In this document: piece after piece, positions 29,247 to 39,154 of the stretch
How positions within the stretch are numbered: the stretch's first letter is position 1
Layout of the letters: every line of letters begins with the position of its first letter
Assembly (NCBI GenBank): GCA_040755995.1
Contig: JBFMAF010000040.1
Coordinates: 32,001-96,000, forward strand
Direction: 5' to 3'
From: Acidobacteriota bacterium
GTDB lineage: Bacteria > Acidobacteriota > CAIWXX01
DNA: 64,000 bases
Notes under the pieces: generated by a model
Told to the model about the DNA's origin: nothing
What the model saw: only the letters and a program-made list of their open reading frames with translations
Databases searched by the model: none
Position numbers and translations under genes: made by a program

Positions 29247-29769
29247 CGATCATCCTCCTCTAGCGTTCTTCTTTGTCCCGAAATAATCGCCCCCGTTATC
29301 TCGACAACATACAGGAGCGGCTCCGTGTGCCATGTGAATCAATAGACCGGGGATATTCAGCGCAATCCATCTTTCGCTGCTCTCGCCATCAGGCCACCCA
29401 TGGCAGCGTCCAACTCGTCCTGGTTCGGCTTCCCCTTCAGCTCCCTGACAAGCGCCAGTAGCGCCCCGCTCAGTTCAGACTCACTTGCCACTTTCTCAGC
29501 TTTGAGCCAACTCATGAAACTTAAGAACTCGCTTTCAAGTGACTGCTTTCGAGAGCCCGAACTCCATGAGCATTAGACAACATATGGACAAATCCCACCA
29601 CTGTTTTTTCCATGTGTGGTTCGGCTGCTCGGATGAATGACTGTGCCGGCATTAGCCTGTACTTGCTCTTTTCATATGGCACTGGATCCATGAAGAAACC
29701 GCGAGGCCACACCGGTTTCTGACCCGTGGTATCCAGAATGACGTTGCGCAGAAGCGCGGCGGGTGTTTC

Positions 29770-30625
29770 CTACTGCAGTATGACGAAGTCTCGACTGGAG
29801 ATGTCGAAGAAGATGCTTCCCACGGACTCTATCTTGACCCGGGCCCTCATGGTCGCTACGCGAGGCACAATGATTGTGTGGGATCCGTCATTGGGAATCG
29901 CGTCGGCCAGGATGTAGGGAAAGGACTGCCCCCTGTCGATGGACAGCAGGATCCGGACGAGCTCGGTGCCGATCGGCGGCAGATTCGTGCCCGCGACTTT
30001 CCACTTGACCGTGCGCCTCTGCCCCGCGACCCAGTTGACCGGCCCGTTTGGACTGCTGACCGCAAAGGGGCCGGCCGAGGCGACCGACGTAACCCGCATC
30101 GAGTCGAAAGCCACACCTGATCCGCCTGCGCGATTGTCGCGGACGGTCACGCGAAACGCCATGGTCCGGTCCGTAACAGGTAGCGTTTCGCCCAAGGTCG
30201 ACGAATTCGAGAGGATGTCTCCGAGCCTGGGAAACGTGCGAGTGGGTAGTGTCGTGGGCGGAAAGGAACGGAATATCGGCCTCGTTCCGTCATCGCCCAT
30301 CGGAGGCGATGCATCGCCCAGATCGAACTCCTCCCAACAGTACGTGAGCACGTCGCCGTCCGGATCGGTTGCGGATGCGGTGAGCGCGAACGACGGGCGG
30401 CTCGGTATTGTATAGTCGATCCCGGCCTCGACCGCCGGCCGCCTGTTCCGGGTTGCAAGGTGTTTTGAGCAGTAGTCCTCGGAGAACGCAATGCGCTGAC
30501 TGATCTCCTCCAGGCTGCCCGCGTGGAAGTAGTCATCGCTGTGCGGCTGGAGGCTCTCCTGCTCGCAGTCACCGGCATAGCTCATGATGGTGGACCCGCT
30601 TCCGGGCTCGTACGCCCTCCTGGCG
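29770..30625 (-). pseudogene. C-terminal fragment of reprolysin-like (M12) metallopeptidase
   Basis: AYEPGSGSTIMSYAG Met-turn, YFHAGS, TYCWEE, FRVTVRDN; HExxH region absent, upstream in-frame stop. Confidence 0.8.
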
Positions 30626-30868
30626 GTCCTGGAACAGCAGCACCGAGAACACCCGTGGACGAAGTCTGCAGTTCATAACACCTCTCCGGAATATCTGACA
30701 CAGACTCGAGTCGCCGTCAATCAGGCAGTGGGGCGGCGAGGACCATAAACCACTCACACCCCGCTTGATTGGGTGGCGGGCGATGCGGCCCCAGCCGCTT
30801 GAGCTCGGGCCGGCGGCTCATCGAACCGCGTACGGGCGCTTCCCTCAGACACCAGGGCGGCCGGCAGA

Positions 30869-33121
30869 TCATGGTAGGCTTTCCGCTCTACCGGCCGGAC
30901 GATGCAACGCATCATGCACCTCCCGCAGGAGCTCCGTGAGCAAGAAGGGTTTGCTCAAGAAGGCCACACTGCCTGGCCCCGGCTTCATCAGACCTCTGAT
31001 ATCGTGACTGCGTTCACGAAGGACGATCAGCGGCGGACGGCCCGGGTGAGACATCAGTCGCTGTGCCGCGTGCAGCCCACCGGAACGAGGCCCGGCGAGA
31101 TCGACGATGACGACATCGGCATCGCGCAAGTGTGAATCGACGACACCGGGTGCATCCGACACGCTCGCCAAGGGGATGGTGGCGTAGCCTGCGTCCTTCA
31201 GCGCCGTGCATACCAGGTCGAGCATTTCGGCATCTTCGTTCAGGACGAGCACCGTGGCGCTTGGCTCGCTCTCCGGAGGCGCACGAGTGAATCCGACCGG
31301 CTGGTCTTGCAGACTTCCGCTCGGGTCCAGTGGGAAGTAGACCGAGATAGTCGCTCCCTGCATCTGAACGCTGCTGATCCGCATCGCGCCTCCAAGCCTC
31401 TTGACAATGCCGCGGGCAGTCGAGACTCGGCGAGCGACTGGCCCGTCCCGATCGTCCGGTTCACCGGGCGAATTCAGGATGCGTTCCAGATCTTCCAGAT
31501 GAGGCCGCTCTCCCGTGTCTCGAATTCCGAGAACGATGCAGCGGCCCGGATTCATGCCGAGTGCGCGGGCGAGCGGTTCATCAAGAGCGCCGCGGAGTGT
31601 TTTTACCAGAATGGTGCCGGATTCCCCAACGGCGTCGATTGCATTCTGCATCAGCAACACGAGGACACGTTGCACCTCGGCCCGATCCCCACCTATGGGC
31701 AGGGCCTCCGTGTGCAGGTCGAGGCGGACCTCGATCGCCGGGCCGAGCCCGTACTCGACCATCGAGACGGTTTCCCGGGCGAGCGGGTTCAAGTCGAATG
31801 TCTCACGTGTCTCCGGGTATCGATAGGCGAAACCGAGGAGGCAATCGACGAGCCTGATGATGGACTGTGTGGATCTGCTGATCGCTTCGATCTGCCGGGC
31901 TTGGGGGCTCTGTTCCTCCACGGTGGCTCTGAGCATAGAGGCACGAGCAAGGATCGAGGAGAAAGAGTTTCCGAGGAGGTGGGCGATGCCGGATGCCACG
32001 GGTTCGAAGCCGTAGGCGCTGCGGACGCCGACAGGCACCCCCTTCTCGCTGCGACGGTCGACGCGTTCCCTGCCGACTCCCAGGACGGCCACCACCTCGC
32101 CATCGCCGTACAGGGGCGAAGTCCCGAAAGACAACTTGACGGTGCGATCTCCCGTACCGAGCTCCAGATCGAACATCTGTTGCCGCCCGGCCAATGTTTC
32201 CATGACCCTCTCGCGAAAAAGCTCCCGGTCAGGCTGGGCCACGAATTCAACTAGCGGATGTCCGAACCATTCCGGCCGCGGCGTGCCGGTGAGCTCTTCG
32301 GCTCGCCGATTCAACAAACGGCACCGAAGGGCCGGATCGACAATCCAGACGACTTCGCCGGATGTCTCCGCCCATGCTCTGAACTGCTGGTTCGCGTGCT
32401 CGAGCTCATGACGCAGAGCTCCGTTTCGAATCACCGTGGCTACCAGCGACCCGAAGCCGGTGGCGACCAGGACGTCTTCAGCGCTGAATGACTGAGGGCG
32501 ACTGTAGAAGAGAACACCGAACCCCGCGACGCGCCCCTCGGTCAGAAGCGGCACAAAGAGGAGCGCCCGGTGCAGCTCCGCCTCGAGCATCTCGCGCATC
32601 CCCTTCAGACGCTCGTCATGCCTGCATTCCGGCACAGTCACCACATCGTGACGGACTGTATGAAAAAGACCCGATCGCTGCGCGTAGGACTCCTTCATCG
32701 CCTCCGTCAGCTCGTTGGAAACCCCGCGCGAATGAAGAACCCCGAACTCCTCGGTCGTGTCGTAGAGGGCACAAGCCTGATTCCTCAGCACCCGGCTCCC
32801 GATCCGATCAATCGAGGCCAAGAGCCCCGTGAATGGCTGGGCGAGAGTGACGTCCGTCGCAGCATGAAAAAGAGTGTGCATGCGCGCCAGGGAATCCGCG
32901 AGCTCCGTCCCGTGAGTCGTGACCGGCGACTGCGAATGGCGGCCATGCATGAGGTACAACCGCAGTCCGCCCCCGATCAGCAGAGCGCCGCCCACGATCA
33001 GCACCTTCTCAAGGATGCCTTCCAAGGCAAGCGCGGCTCCCAGCAGCAGACCCACCCCGGCGGCCACCAGCCACTTCCGAAGGGCCGTGTTCTTCAGACG
33101 GTCGTGCATGGGGTCACTCAC
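30869..33121 (-). CDS. Degenerate hybrid kinase (TM-GAF-PAS-HisKA-HATPase-REC)
   Basis: IAHLLGN H-box, QNAIDA N-box, DTG, no GxGLGL, atypical REC ending SKPF. Confidence 0.8.
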   Translation of the reverse strand: MSDPMHDRLKNTALRKWLVAAGVGLLLGAALALEGILEKVLIVGGALLIGGGLRLYLMHGRHSQSPVTTHGTELADSLARMHTLFHAATDVTLAQPFTGLLASIDRIGSRVLRNQACALYDTTEEFGVLHSRGVSNELTEAMKESYAQRSGLFHTVRHDVVTVPECRHDERLKGMREMLEAELHRALLFVPLLTEGRVAGFGVLFYSRPQSFSAEDVLVATGFGSLVATVIRNGALRHELEHANQQFRAWAETSGEVVWIVDPALRCRLLNRRAEELTGTPRPEWFGHPLVEFVAQPDRELFRERVMETLAGRQQMFDLELGTGDRTVKLSFGTSPLYGDGEVVAVLGVGRERVDRRSEKGVPVGVRSAYGFEPVASGIAHLLGNSFSSILARASMLRATVEEQSPQARQIEAISRSTQSIIRLVDCLLGFAYRYPETRETFDLNPLARETVSMVEYGLGPAIEVRLDLHTEALPIGGDRAEVQRVLVLLMQNAIDAVGESGTILVKTLRGALDEPLARALGMNPGRCIVLGIRDTGERPHLEDLERILNSPGEPDDRDGPVARRVSTARGIVKRLGGAMRISSVQMQGATISVYFPLDPSGSLQDQPVGFTRAPPESEPSATVLVLNEDAEMLDLVCTALKDAGYATIPLASVSDAPGVVDSHLRDADVVIVDLAGPRSGGLHAAQRLMSHPGRPPLIVLRERSHDIRGLMKPGPGSVAFLSKPFLLTELLREVHDALHRPAGRAESLP

Positions 33122-33308
33122 TCCCGTGGCTCACGATCGCTCGCATTACCCCCACCTCGGGACCTCGCCGGCAGACGGGATGACCACTACAAGTGCAGAG
33201 GGGTCCTGTCCGAGCTCGTTGCCGTCGTCGTAGTCGTAGACATCGCCGTAGGCGTGCGCGTGGAAGAACACGGTACGCACGCCGCTCAACACCGCAGCGC
33301 TCAGTACG

Positions 33309-36300
33309 CTATGCCTTCGCCGGCGCATCCAGCACCTCCCTCACTTTCCGCACCAGCGCCTCCGGCGTGAACGGCTTCTGGAGAAACGCGATCCCTTCGG
33401 CCAGAACCCCGTGGTGAGTGATCTGATCATCCGTGTATCCCGAGACGAACAAGACGCGGGTGCCTGGGCGAAGCGACGCCACTCGCTTCGCCAGCTCCGG
33501 GCCGTCAATGCCCGGCATCACGACGTCGGTCACGACGATGTGGATCGGCCCCCGGTGCGTTTCGCACGTTGCCATCGCCTGGGCGCCATGCGGCGCGAGG
33601 AGCACGGTGAAACCGCTCAGCTCCAGCGCCTCCCGGGCGACCTGTCGAACCACATCGTCGTCCTCGACGACCAGAACCACCTCGCGACCATGCGCGGTGG
33701 CTGGTTCCCCTGCGGGCTGCACCTCGACGGTTCGCCCTTTTTCAACCATCGGCAGACAGACCTCGATCGTGGTCCCCATGCCGACCTCGCTGAGCACCTG
33801 GATCGAGCCCTTGCTCTGGCTGACGATGCCGTAGACGGTCGACAGCCCCAAGCCGGTGCCCTTCTGTTTCGTTGTGAAGAAGGGTTCGAACAGGTGGGCC
33901 TTGACCTCTGGGGTAATGCCGCATCCCGTGTCGCTGACGGCGAGCTTGACTTCGGGCGGGCAATCGACCGCCACCTGGATGTTGCAGGTGGCAATGGAGA
34001 CGGTCCCGCCTCCTGGCATGGCATCCCGGGCGTTGACGGCAAGGTTCAGGATGACCTGCTCTACCTGGCCGGGATCCGCTTCGATCAACCCCACGGTTGG
34101 GTCGAGCTTCGTGACGAGCAGGACGTCTTCGCCCATGAGTCGCTTCAGCATCCGTTCCATGTCCGTGACGATGGAGTTGATATCGAGAACCTTAGGCTGC
34201 AGGATCTGGCGGCGGCTGAAGGCAAGCAGCTGGCGCGTCAGGTTCGTCGCCCGCTCCGCCGCCCTCTTGATCTCACCCACGTTTCGCCGCACCGGCTCGC
34301 CCTCGCGGAGTCGCATGAGGCTCAGGTCGGAGTAGCCGATGATCCCCGTCAGGATGTTGTTGAAATCGTGAGCCACGCCGCCGGCCAGTCTTCCGAGCGC
34401 CTCCATCTTCAGCGATTGACGGAGCTGATCTTCGAGGGACTTGCGATGCGTGATGTCTTCCACAATCCCCTGGTAGCAGAGCACCTCCTTGTCAGCGCCG
34501 AGGACGGCTCGGGCGTTGTCACGCACGGCAATCGAGCTACCGTCGCTGCGCGCCCACACCGTCTCCATCTCCCGGACCTCCCCTTCAGTCTCCATGAGCC
34601 GTGCGTAGGCACCGTCGCGCGACGCCGGCCCGAACCCGATCTTCGCGAGGTCAACCGCAGCAAGCTCCTCGAACGACGAACACCCCAGCATCGAGATCAG
34701 GGTGGGGTTGGCCATCACAACACGGCCGTCGCGGGTCGTGCGGTAGATACCCACGGGAGCGTCCTCGAAGAGCATTCGAAACCGCTTTTCGCTGTCTCTC
34801 AACGCCGCTTCTAGACGCCTGCGCCTTGTGAGCTCTTCGCTGAAACGCTCGTTGAGTCCCCTCATCTCTCGACTGAGCGCCCCAACCTTCGTCCTGAGTC
34901 CGTGTCTCTCTGCCTTCAGCATCCTCTCTGCGCGTCGATATTCTGTCACGTCGCGCGCAAAGAGCCGGAACGTCTCCGGCGTCGCCGTCCGCCGGATGCT
35001 CTCGAATCGCAGCACCCTGCTCGTCTCGTCGGGGGCGACGAGTCTGGTCAGCCCATCAGCGCGGCCGTGCTGCCGCAGGGCATCGAGGTAGGCCTGGAGC
35101 CGCCGTCGAGCAAGGCGAGGGAGGAACTCGTCGAGCTTGCGGCCGATGAGCTCGTCGGGGTTGCGGCGGCCTGCCATGGCAACCGCCGCGCGGTTGGCAT
35201 CCAGCAGCACACCCTCGACGTCGTGCGTGCACATGATCTCCGTGCAGCTCTCCACAAGTTCGATGTACTGTTCGCTGCTCTCCCGGGCGAGATGCTCCGC
35301 GTGCTTCTGTTCGCTGATGTCCTCGCACGAGCTCACCAGACCGAGCGGTCGCTGGGATGCATCCCTGATGACTCCTTTGATCAACCGGACAGGGAACACC
35401 TCGCCCCCGGCCCGGACATTGAGACTCTCGCGCTTTGGAGTCGTATCCCGGGCGATCTGGTCGAGCGGGATGTCCTTCCAGAGGTCGCGCGGCGCCATGG
35501 TGCGCGCCTCTCGACCGATGAGCTCCGAGGCCTTCAACCCGTGTATGGCCGCCTCGGCAGGATTCGTGTACTGGACCCGCCCGGAGGCGTCGGTGATCGT
35601 AAGGCCGAGAGGCATGGCATCGACTGCGCACCTCAGAAGCCTCAGATCCTCCTCGGCAGCCCGCAATGCCGTCACGTCGACGAAATGAAGTAGGTATCGG
35701 TACGGATTCCCTTCCTGTTCCTCGACAGGAGCGGCGTACACAAGCACATCGCGTGAGGTGCCGTCGCGCTGACCCACGGTGAGGAGCCGCGGCCGAGTGA
35801 CCTCGCGTCCGTCCCGCATGTCCGCCAGCATCTCCTCCATCGCCTCCCGCTGTTCAGGGATCATGCACCAGCGATGGATCAACGTTTTCAGGTCCGGGAG
35901 CTCTGTGGGCGTATGCCCGAGGCACGACGCCACGGTCGCGTTGTATTCCATGAAGGCACCGTCCCGCCCGGTCGACGCGACACCCAGCTGGCTCCGATCG
36001 AAGAGGGCCCGGAGCCGGCTCTGGCACTGCTGCCGTCCGGTCTGCGTGAGCTCCAAGGTCTCGATCAGCGAATTGACCTCGCCCGCGAGCGCGGCGAGGT
36101 GACTGGCCCGAGGTACCAGCCGGGTCGCGTAGTCCTTCTCTTCGCGCAGGAGGTTCAGGGTCTTGCTGAAATCGGACAAGGGGGCAAGCAGGAGGACCCG
36201 GACCAGGAGAAGCTCCACGACGCCGGCGCCGATAGCCGCTAGGGACAGGATCGAGAGGCCCGCAACGCTGTGCAGCAGTGCCGGGCGGACGGCAATGCCG

Positions 36301-36365
36301 AGGAGGAAAACCATTCCTGCCACCGCGCCGCCGAGCACTGCGATCGTAAGCTTCGAGATGTTCAT
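33309..36365 (-). CDS. Multi-PAS hybrid histidine kinase (CckA-like)
   Basis: About four PAS domains, LAGGVAHDFNN, NARDAMP, FFTTK, GTGLGL, REC TDVVMP..QKPF. Confidence 0.94.
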   Translation of the reverse strand: MNISKLTIAVLGGAVAGMVFLLGIAVRPALLHSVAGLSILSLAAIGAGVVELLLVRVLLLAPLSDFSKTLNLLREEKDYATRLVPRASHLAALAGEVNSLIETLELTQTGRQQCQSRLRALFDRSQLGVASTGRDGAFMEYNATVASCLGHTPTELPDLKTLIHRWCMIPEQREAMEEMLADMRDGREVTRPRLLTVGQRDGTSRDVLVYAAPVEEQEGNPYRYLLHFVDVTALRAAEEDLRLLRCAVDAMPLGLTITDASGRVQYTNPAEAAIHGLKASELIGREARTMAPRDLWKDIPLDQIARDTTPKRESLNVRAGGEVFPVRLIKGVIRDASQRPLGLVSSCEDISEQKHAEHLARESSEQYIELVESCTEIMCTHDVEGVLLDANRAAVAMAGRRNPDELIGRKLDEFLPRLARRRLQAYLDALRQHGRADGLTRLVAPDETSRVLRFESIRRTATPETFRLFARDVTEYRRAERMLKAERHGLRTKVGALSREMRGLNERFSEELTRRRRLEAALRDSEKRFRMLFEDAPVGIYRTTRDGRVVMANPTLISMLGCSSFEELAAVDLAKIGFGPASRDGAYARLMETEGEVREMETVWARSDGSSIAVRDNARAVLGADKEVLCYQGIVEDITHRKSLEDQLRQSLKMEALGRLAGGVAHDFNNILTGIIGYSDLSLMRLREGEPVRRNVGEIKRAAERATNLTRQLLAFSRRQILQPKVLDINSIVTDMERMLKRLMGEDVLLVTKLDPTVGLIEADPGQVEQVILNLAVNARDAMPGGGTVSIATCNIQVAVDCPPEVKLAVSDTGCGITPEVKAHLFEPFFTTKQKGTGLGLSTVYGIVSQSKGSIQVLSEVGMGTTIEVCLPMVEKGRTVEVQPAGEPATAHGREVVLVVEDDDVVRQVAREALELSGFTVLLAPHGAQAMATCETHRGPIHIVVTDVVMPGIDGPELAKRVASLRPGTRVLFVSGYTDDQITHHGVLAEGIAFLQKPFTPEALVRKVREVLDAPAKA

Positions 36366-37471
36366 TTCCGCTTGATCGGAGGCAGGCCCAACTTCTTTCT
36401 GACGATCTGGAGGCCGAGGAGAAGAGCCGGGTCGTCGGGTTTGATGAGTCCGGCCTCGTCCCAGTTCTTCATTGCGCCATGGTAGTCCTTCTCCTCGTAG
36501 CGGTCACACCCCGATTCGTACAGCATCCTGAATCGTTCGTTCCGCGATTCGATATCTTTCATCCGTCTGACCACCGGCGCGCTGGTGCGCTCGCGGATTT
36601 CCCCCTCGATCGTGCGGTGTTGCGTTTCGATGAGGGCGTCGAGCTGCTGTCGGGCCGCGCCGTCCGGCGGCAGGCTCTCTCGCTTCAAGATGATCTTGCC
36701 TGCTACCGCGACAATCGTCACGATACGGTCCCTGGGCAAGGACGTCATCTCGGTCTGGAGCTGGAACTGGCGCGCCTCGACTCGAACCGCCGAAAGGCGC
36801 CCGACCGGCTTCTCGCGCCCGGGAGACATGGTGGAGAGGGGCATCGTGGCCTTCTCGATGTCCCGGAAATCGAGCGGGTTGACGTGGAGGACGCAGGTGC
36901 CTTTGCGCAGATCGTAGAGCCCTGCCATGAACTCGACGATCTCGCCCGCATCCGGCGGCACGACCTCGCCGCCCCGCAGCTGAACCCGCGCGTGACGTGA
37001 CTCGGCGGACACCACCACCTCTCCTGTGATGGACCTGTCGGCGCAGAATCTCAAGAGTCTCGGAAGAGAGATCAGGGAAAGATCTCCGTAGAATGTCGGC
37101 GCCGTGTAGCGGGTCTTCCTCAGCAGAACGGCGCGCAGTTCGGCCCGTAGTGTGTCCATGTGGAGCGGCTTGCTAAGGAATCCCTCTGCACCTAGGTCCA
37201 GTGCTTGCACTCTGACTTCCGGATCGTCCGAGGCGCTCAAGAGTACGAAGGGGGTGCAGCGATGCGGGTACCGCCGGCCGTACTCCTGCAGCAACTGAGA
37301 TCCGCTCATGCCGGGCAAGTCCGCGTCAACCAGAATGAGATCCGGTTCGTGCTCCGATGCCCTCAGCGCTTCCTCGGCGCTCTTCAGGCAGGTGTGCGAG
37401 TAGCCGTCGGTTGTCAAGGATGCCGAGACCTCCTCGAGGACCTTGGGATCATCATCGACGACGAGGATCAC
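36362..37471 (-). CDS. Response regulator with DUF4388/PATAN-like domain and C-terminal TPR-like helix
   Basis: REC VVDDD, GDLSLISLPRLL..TGEV motif, FQLQTE segment; GTG start after GGAGG. Confidence 0.75.
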   Translation of the reverse strand: MILVVDDDPKVLEEVSASLTTDGYSHTCLKSAEEALRASEHEPDLILVDADLPGMSGSQLLQEYGRRYPHRCTPFVLLSASDDPEVRVQALDLGAEGFLSKPLHMDTLRAELRAVLLRKTRYTAPTFYGDLSLISLPRLLRFCADRSITGEVVVSAESRHARVQLRGGEVVPPDAGEIVEFMAGLYDLRKGTCVLHVNPLDFRDIEKATMPLSTMSPGREKPVGRLSAVRVEARQFQLQTEMTSLPRDRIVTIVAVAGKIILKRESLPPDGAARQQLDALIETQHRTIEGEIRERTSAPVVRRMKDIESRNERFRMLYESGCDRYEEKDYHGAMKNWDEAGLIKPDDPALLLGLQIVRKKLGLPPIKRK

Positions 37472-37684
37472 ACTCGACTGACCTCCTCTTGAGTCAGGGA
37501 CGACCGGAATCCCGCCGCAGCGTCTTTGCATCCACGGTCACGATCAACGGCCACCTGTGTCCGAGGCCTGTCATTCATATCAACGCGGTCCAGGATTGCA
37601 GCGGAATCGGGGGACGAACCGCGATTCGGACTCATCGGCCCACCGACATGCTCTCCCAAAAGTCGCATCCGCTCGAAGCCCGGC

Positions 37685-39154
37685 TCACTCGATAGAGCTT
37701 GAATCTGGCAGAAGTGGATTTCGCAGCGCGCCCTCGACCATGCTCTGGAGAGGCCCGTGACCACGGGAAGTGGGGTCCAGCAGGAGCCTGGGCTGGAGCC
37801 GCGACCGCGATTCATACAGGTCGATTGTTTCAGGGACGTCGGGCGGGTGTCCGTCGGCGCCGCGCACTATGCGGACTACCGGCCATGCGAACCGTTCGCG
37901 GTCCCGGCCGCCGGAGACGCTGACGGCCCACCTGCCGTCCGAAAGCTCCATGAGTGAGCCGGGGGGGAAGCGGCCCAGCAATTGAACGAAGAGGGCGACC
38001 AGATCGCGGTCATACATGACCCCTCGCGCAGCCCACATGAACCCGAGAGCCAGGGCGGGCGACATCGCCGGGGCGCCGCCGGGAAACGAGGCCGTGAGGG
38101 CGTCATAGTCATCAACGACGTGCACGATGCGGGCGAACAGCGATGGTGCCGCATCGCCTGCGGCGCCGTCCTCCGCGGACTCCCGGTACGGGAGATGATG
38201 TTCCAGCACAACCAGGAGACGACGGATTTTGGCCTCGTGAAAACCACGCTGCCGCATGAGGATCCGGGCGCCGGCGGCCGCGTGACCTGTCCAGTCGGGA
38301 CGCTTGACGGCGCCGATGTCATGCAGCATGGCGGCCACGCCCAGATCACTCAGGGCCGCATCGGGCAGCCCGAGAGCCTGACCGAGGAGCATCGCCAGAC
38401 CTGAGACTGAGATCAGGTGCTGCGGGCCGGCCAACCCGGCAGATCTCCGCGCCGGGGACGCAAGGCCTTCGGCTGGGTTCTCGCGCAGAGCCTCCAACAA
38501 CTCGAGCGCCGACCGTCTGACGGGCAGCGGGTTGGGCATCCGGCCTGCGGAAAGAATCCGTATCTGTTGCTTGATGACCGCGTCACATTGACCGAACACC
38601 GAGGCCAGCTCCCTCCTCCGCCTCTCCACCTCGCCGGCGATCCTGAAGCTGTAGGGCCCGGTTACCTCGACACCGGTGAGCGAGGCCAGCTGAGAACGGA
38701 TGCTCCGGCGAGGATGGCCGGAGCTTGCCGGGGGACGCGCAAACGTCATGGCCAGCTGCTTCATCTGGTCCGGACGCAGTGCGTCGTGCAGTGAGAGTCC
38801 TCCGACCTTGTGCGCTGCAAGCGTGACAATGAAGCCTTCGGCCGCCGCCTGTTCCGTCGGTCCCAATCGGAGGCGGATATCGTTGATGTAGATCTGGTCC
38901 TCGACGCAGACGACGTGGACGGCGCCGAGCAGCTCCAGGAGGCCGCTCAGGGCCCCGGCGGCATCATTCGACGGGCCGGTGTAGGCAGAATTCTCGGGAT
39001 CGTAGAGCCGGCTGATCCTTATTAGCCCACCCAACAGGAACACGAGACGCCGGCCCTCCTCACGGACCTTCGCGGCCATTTCCCGGTCGTCGGACAGGGC
39101 GGCGCGAGCCAATGCCTTCTCGAGCCCTGCGACCATGGCCGAGATGGTGCTCAC
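37685..39154 (-). CDS. HD-GYP-like phosphohydrolase (atypical)
   Basis: LHDIG, EHH, DDYDALT, GRFPPGS; GTGA overlap with upstream gene. Confidence 0.75.
   Translation of the reverse strand: MSTISAMVAGLEKALARAALSDDREMAAKVREEGRRLVFLLGGLIRISRLYDPENSAYTGPSNDAAGALSGLLELLGAVHVVCVEDQIYINDIRLRLGPTEQAAAEGFIVTLAAHKVGGLSLHDALRPDQMKQLAMTFARPPASSGHPRRSIRSQLASLTGVEVTGPYSFRIAGEVERRRRELASVFGQCDAVIKQQIRILSAGRMPNPLPVRRSALELLEALRENPAEGLASPARRSAGLAGPQHLISVSGLAMLLGQALGLPDAALSDLGVAAMLHDIGAVKRPDWTGHAAAGARILMRQRGFHEAKIRRLLVVLEHHLPYRESAEDGAAGDAAPSLFARIVHVVDDYDALTASFPGGAPAMSPALALGFMWAARGVMYDRDLVALFVQLLGRFPPGSLMELSDGRWAVSVSGGRDRERFAWPVVRIVRGADGHPPDVPETIDLYESRSRLQPRLLLDPTSRGHGPLQSMVEGALRNPLLPDSSSIE

Noticed and set aside
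33146..33328. 60-aa ORF as the missing RiPP precursor
   Set aside because: Overlaps the kinase stop, no RBS, far from the rSAM genes, and its YDYDD comes from a hexamer-periodic tract
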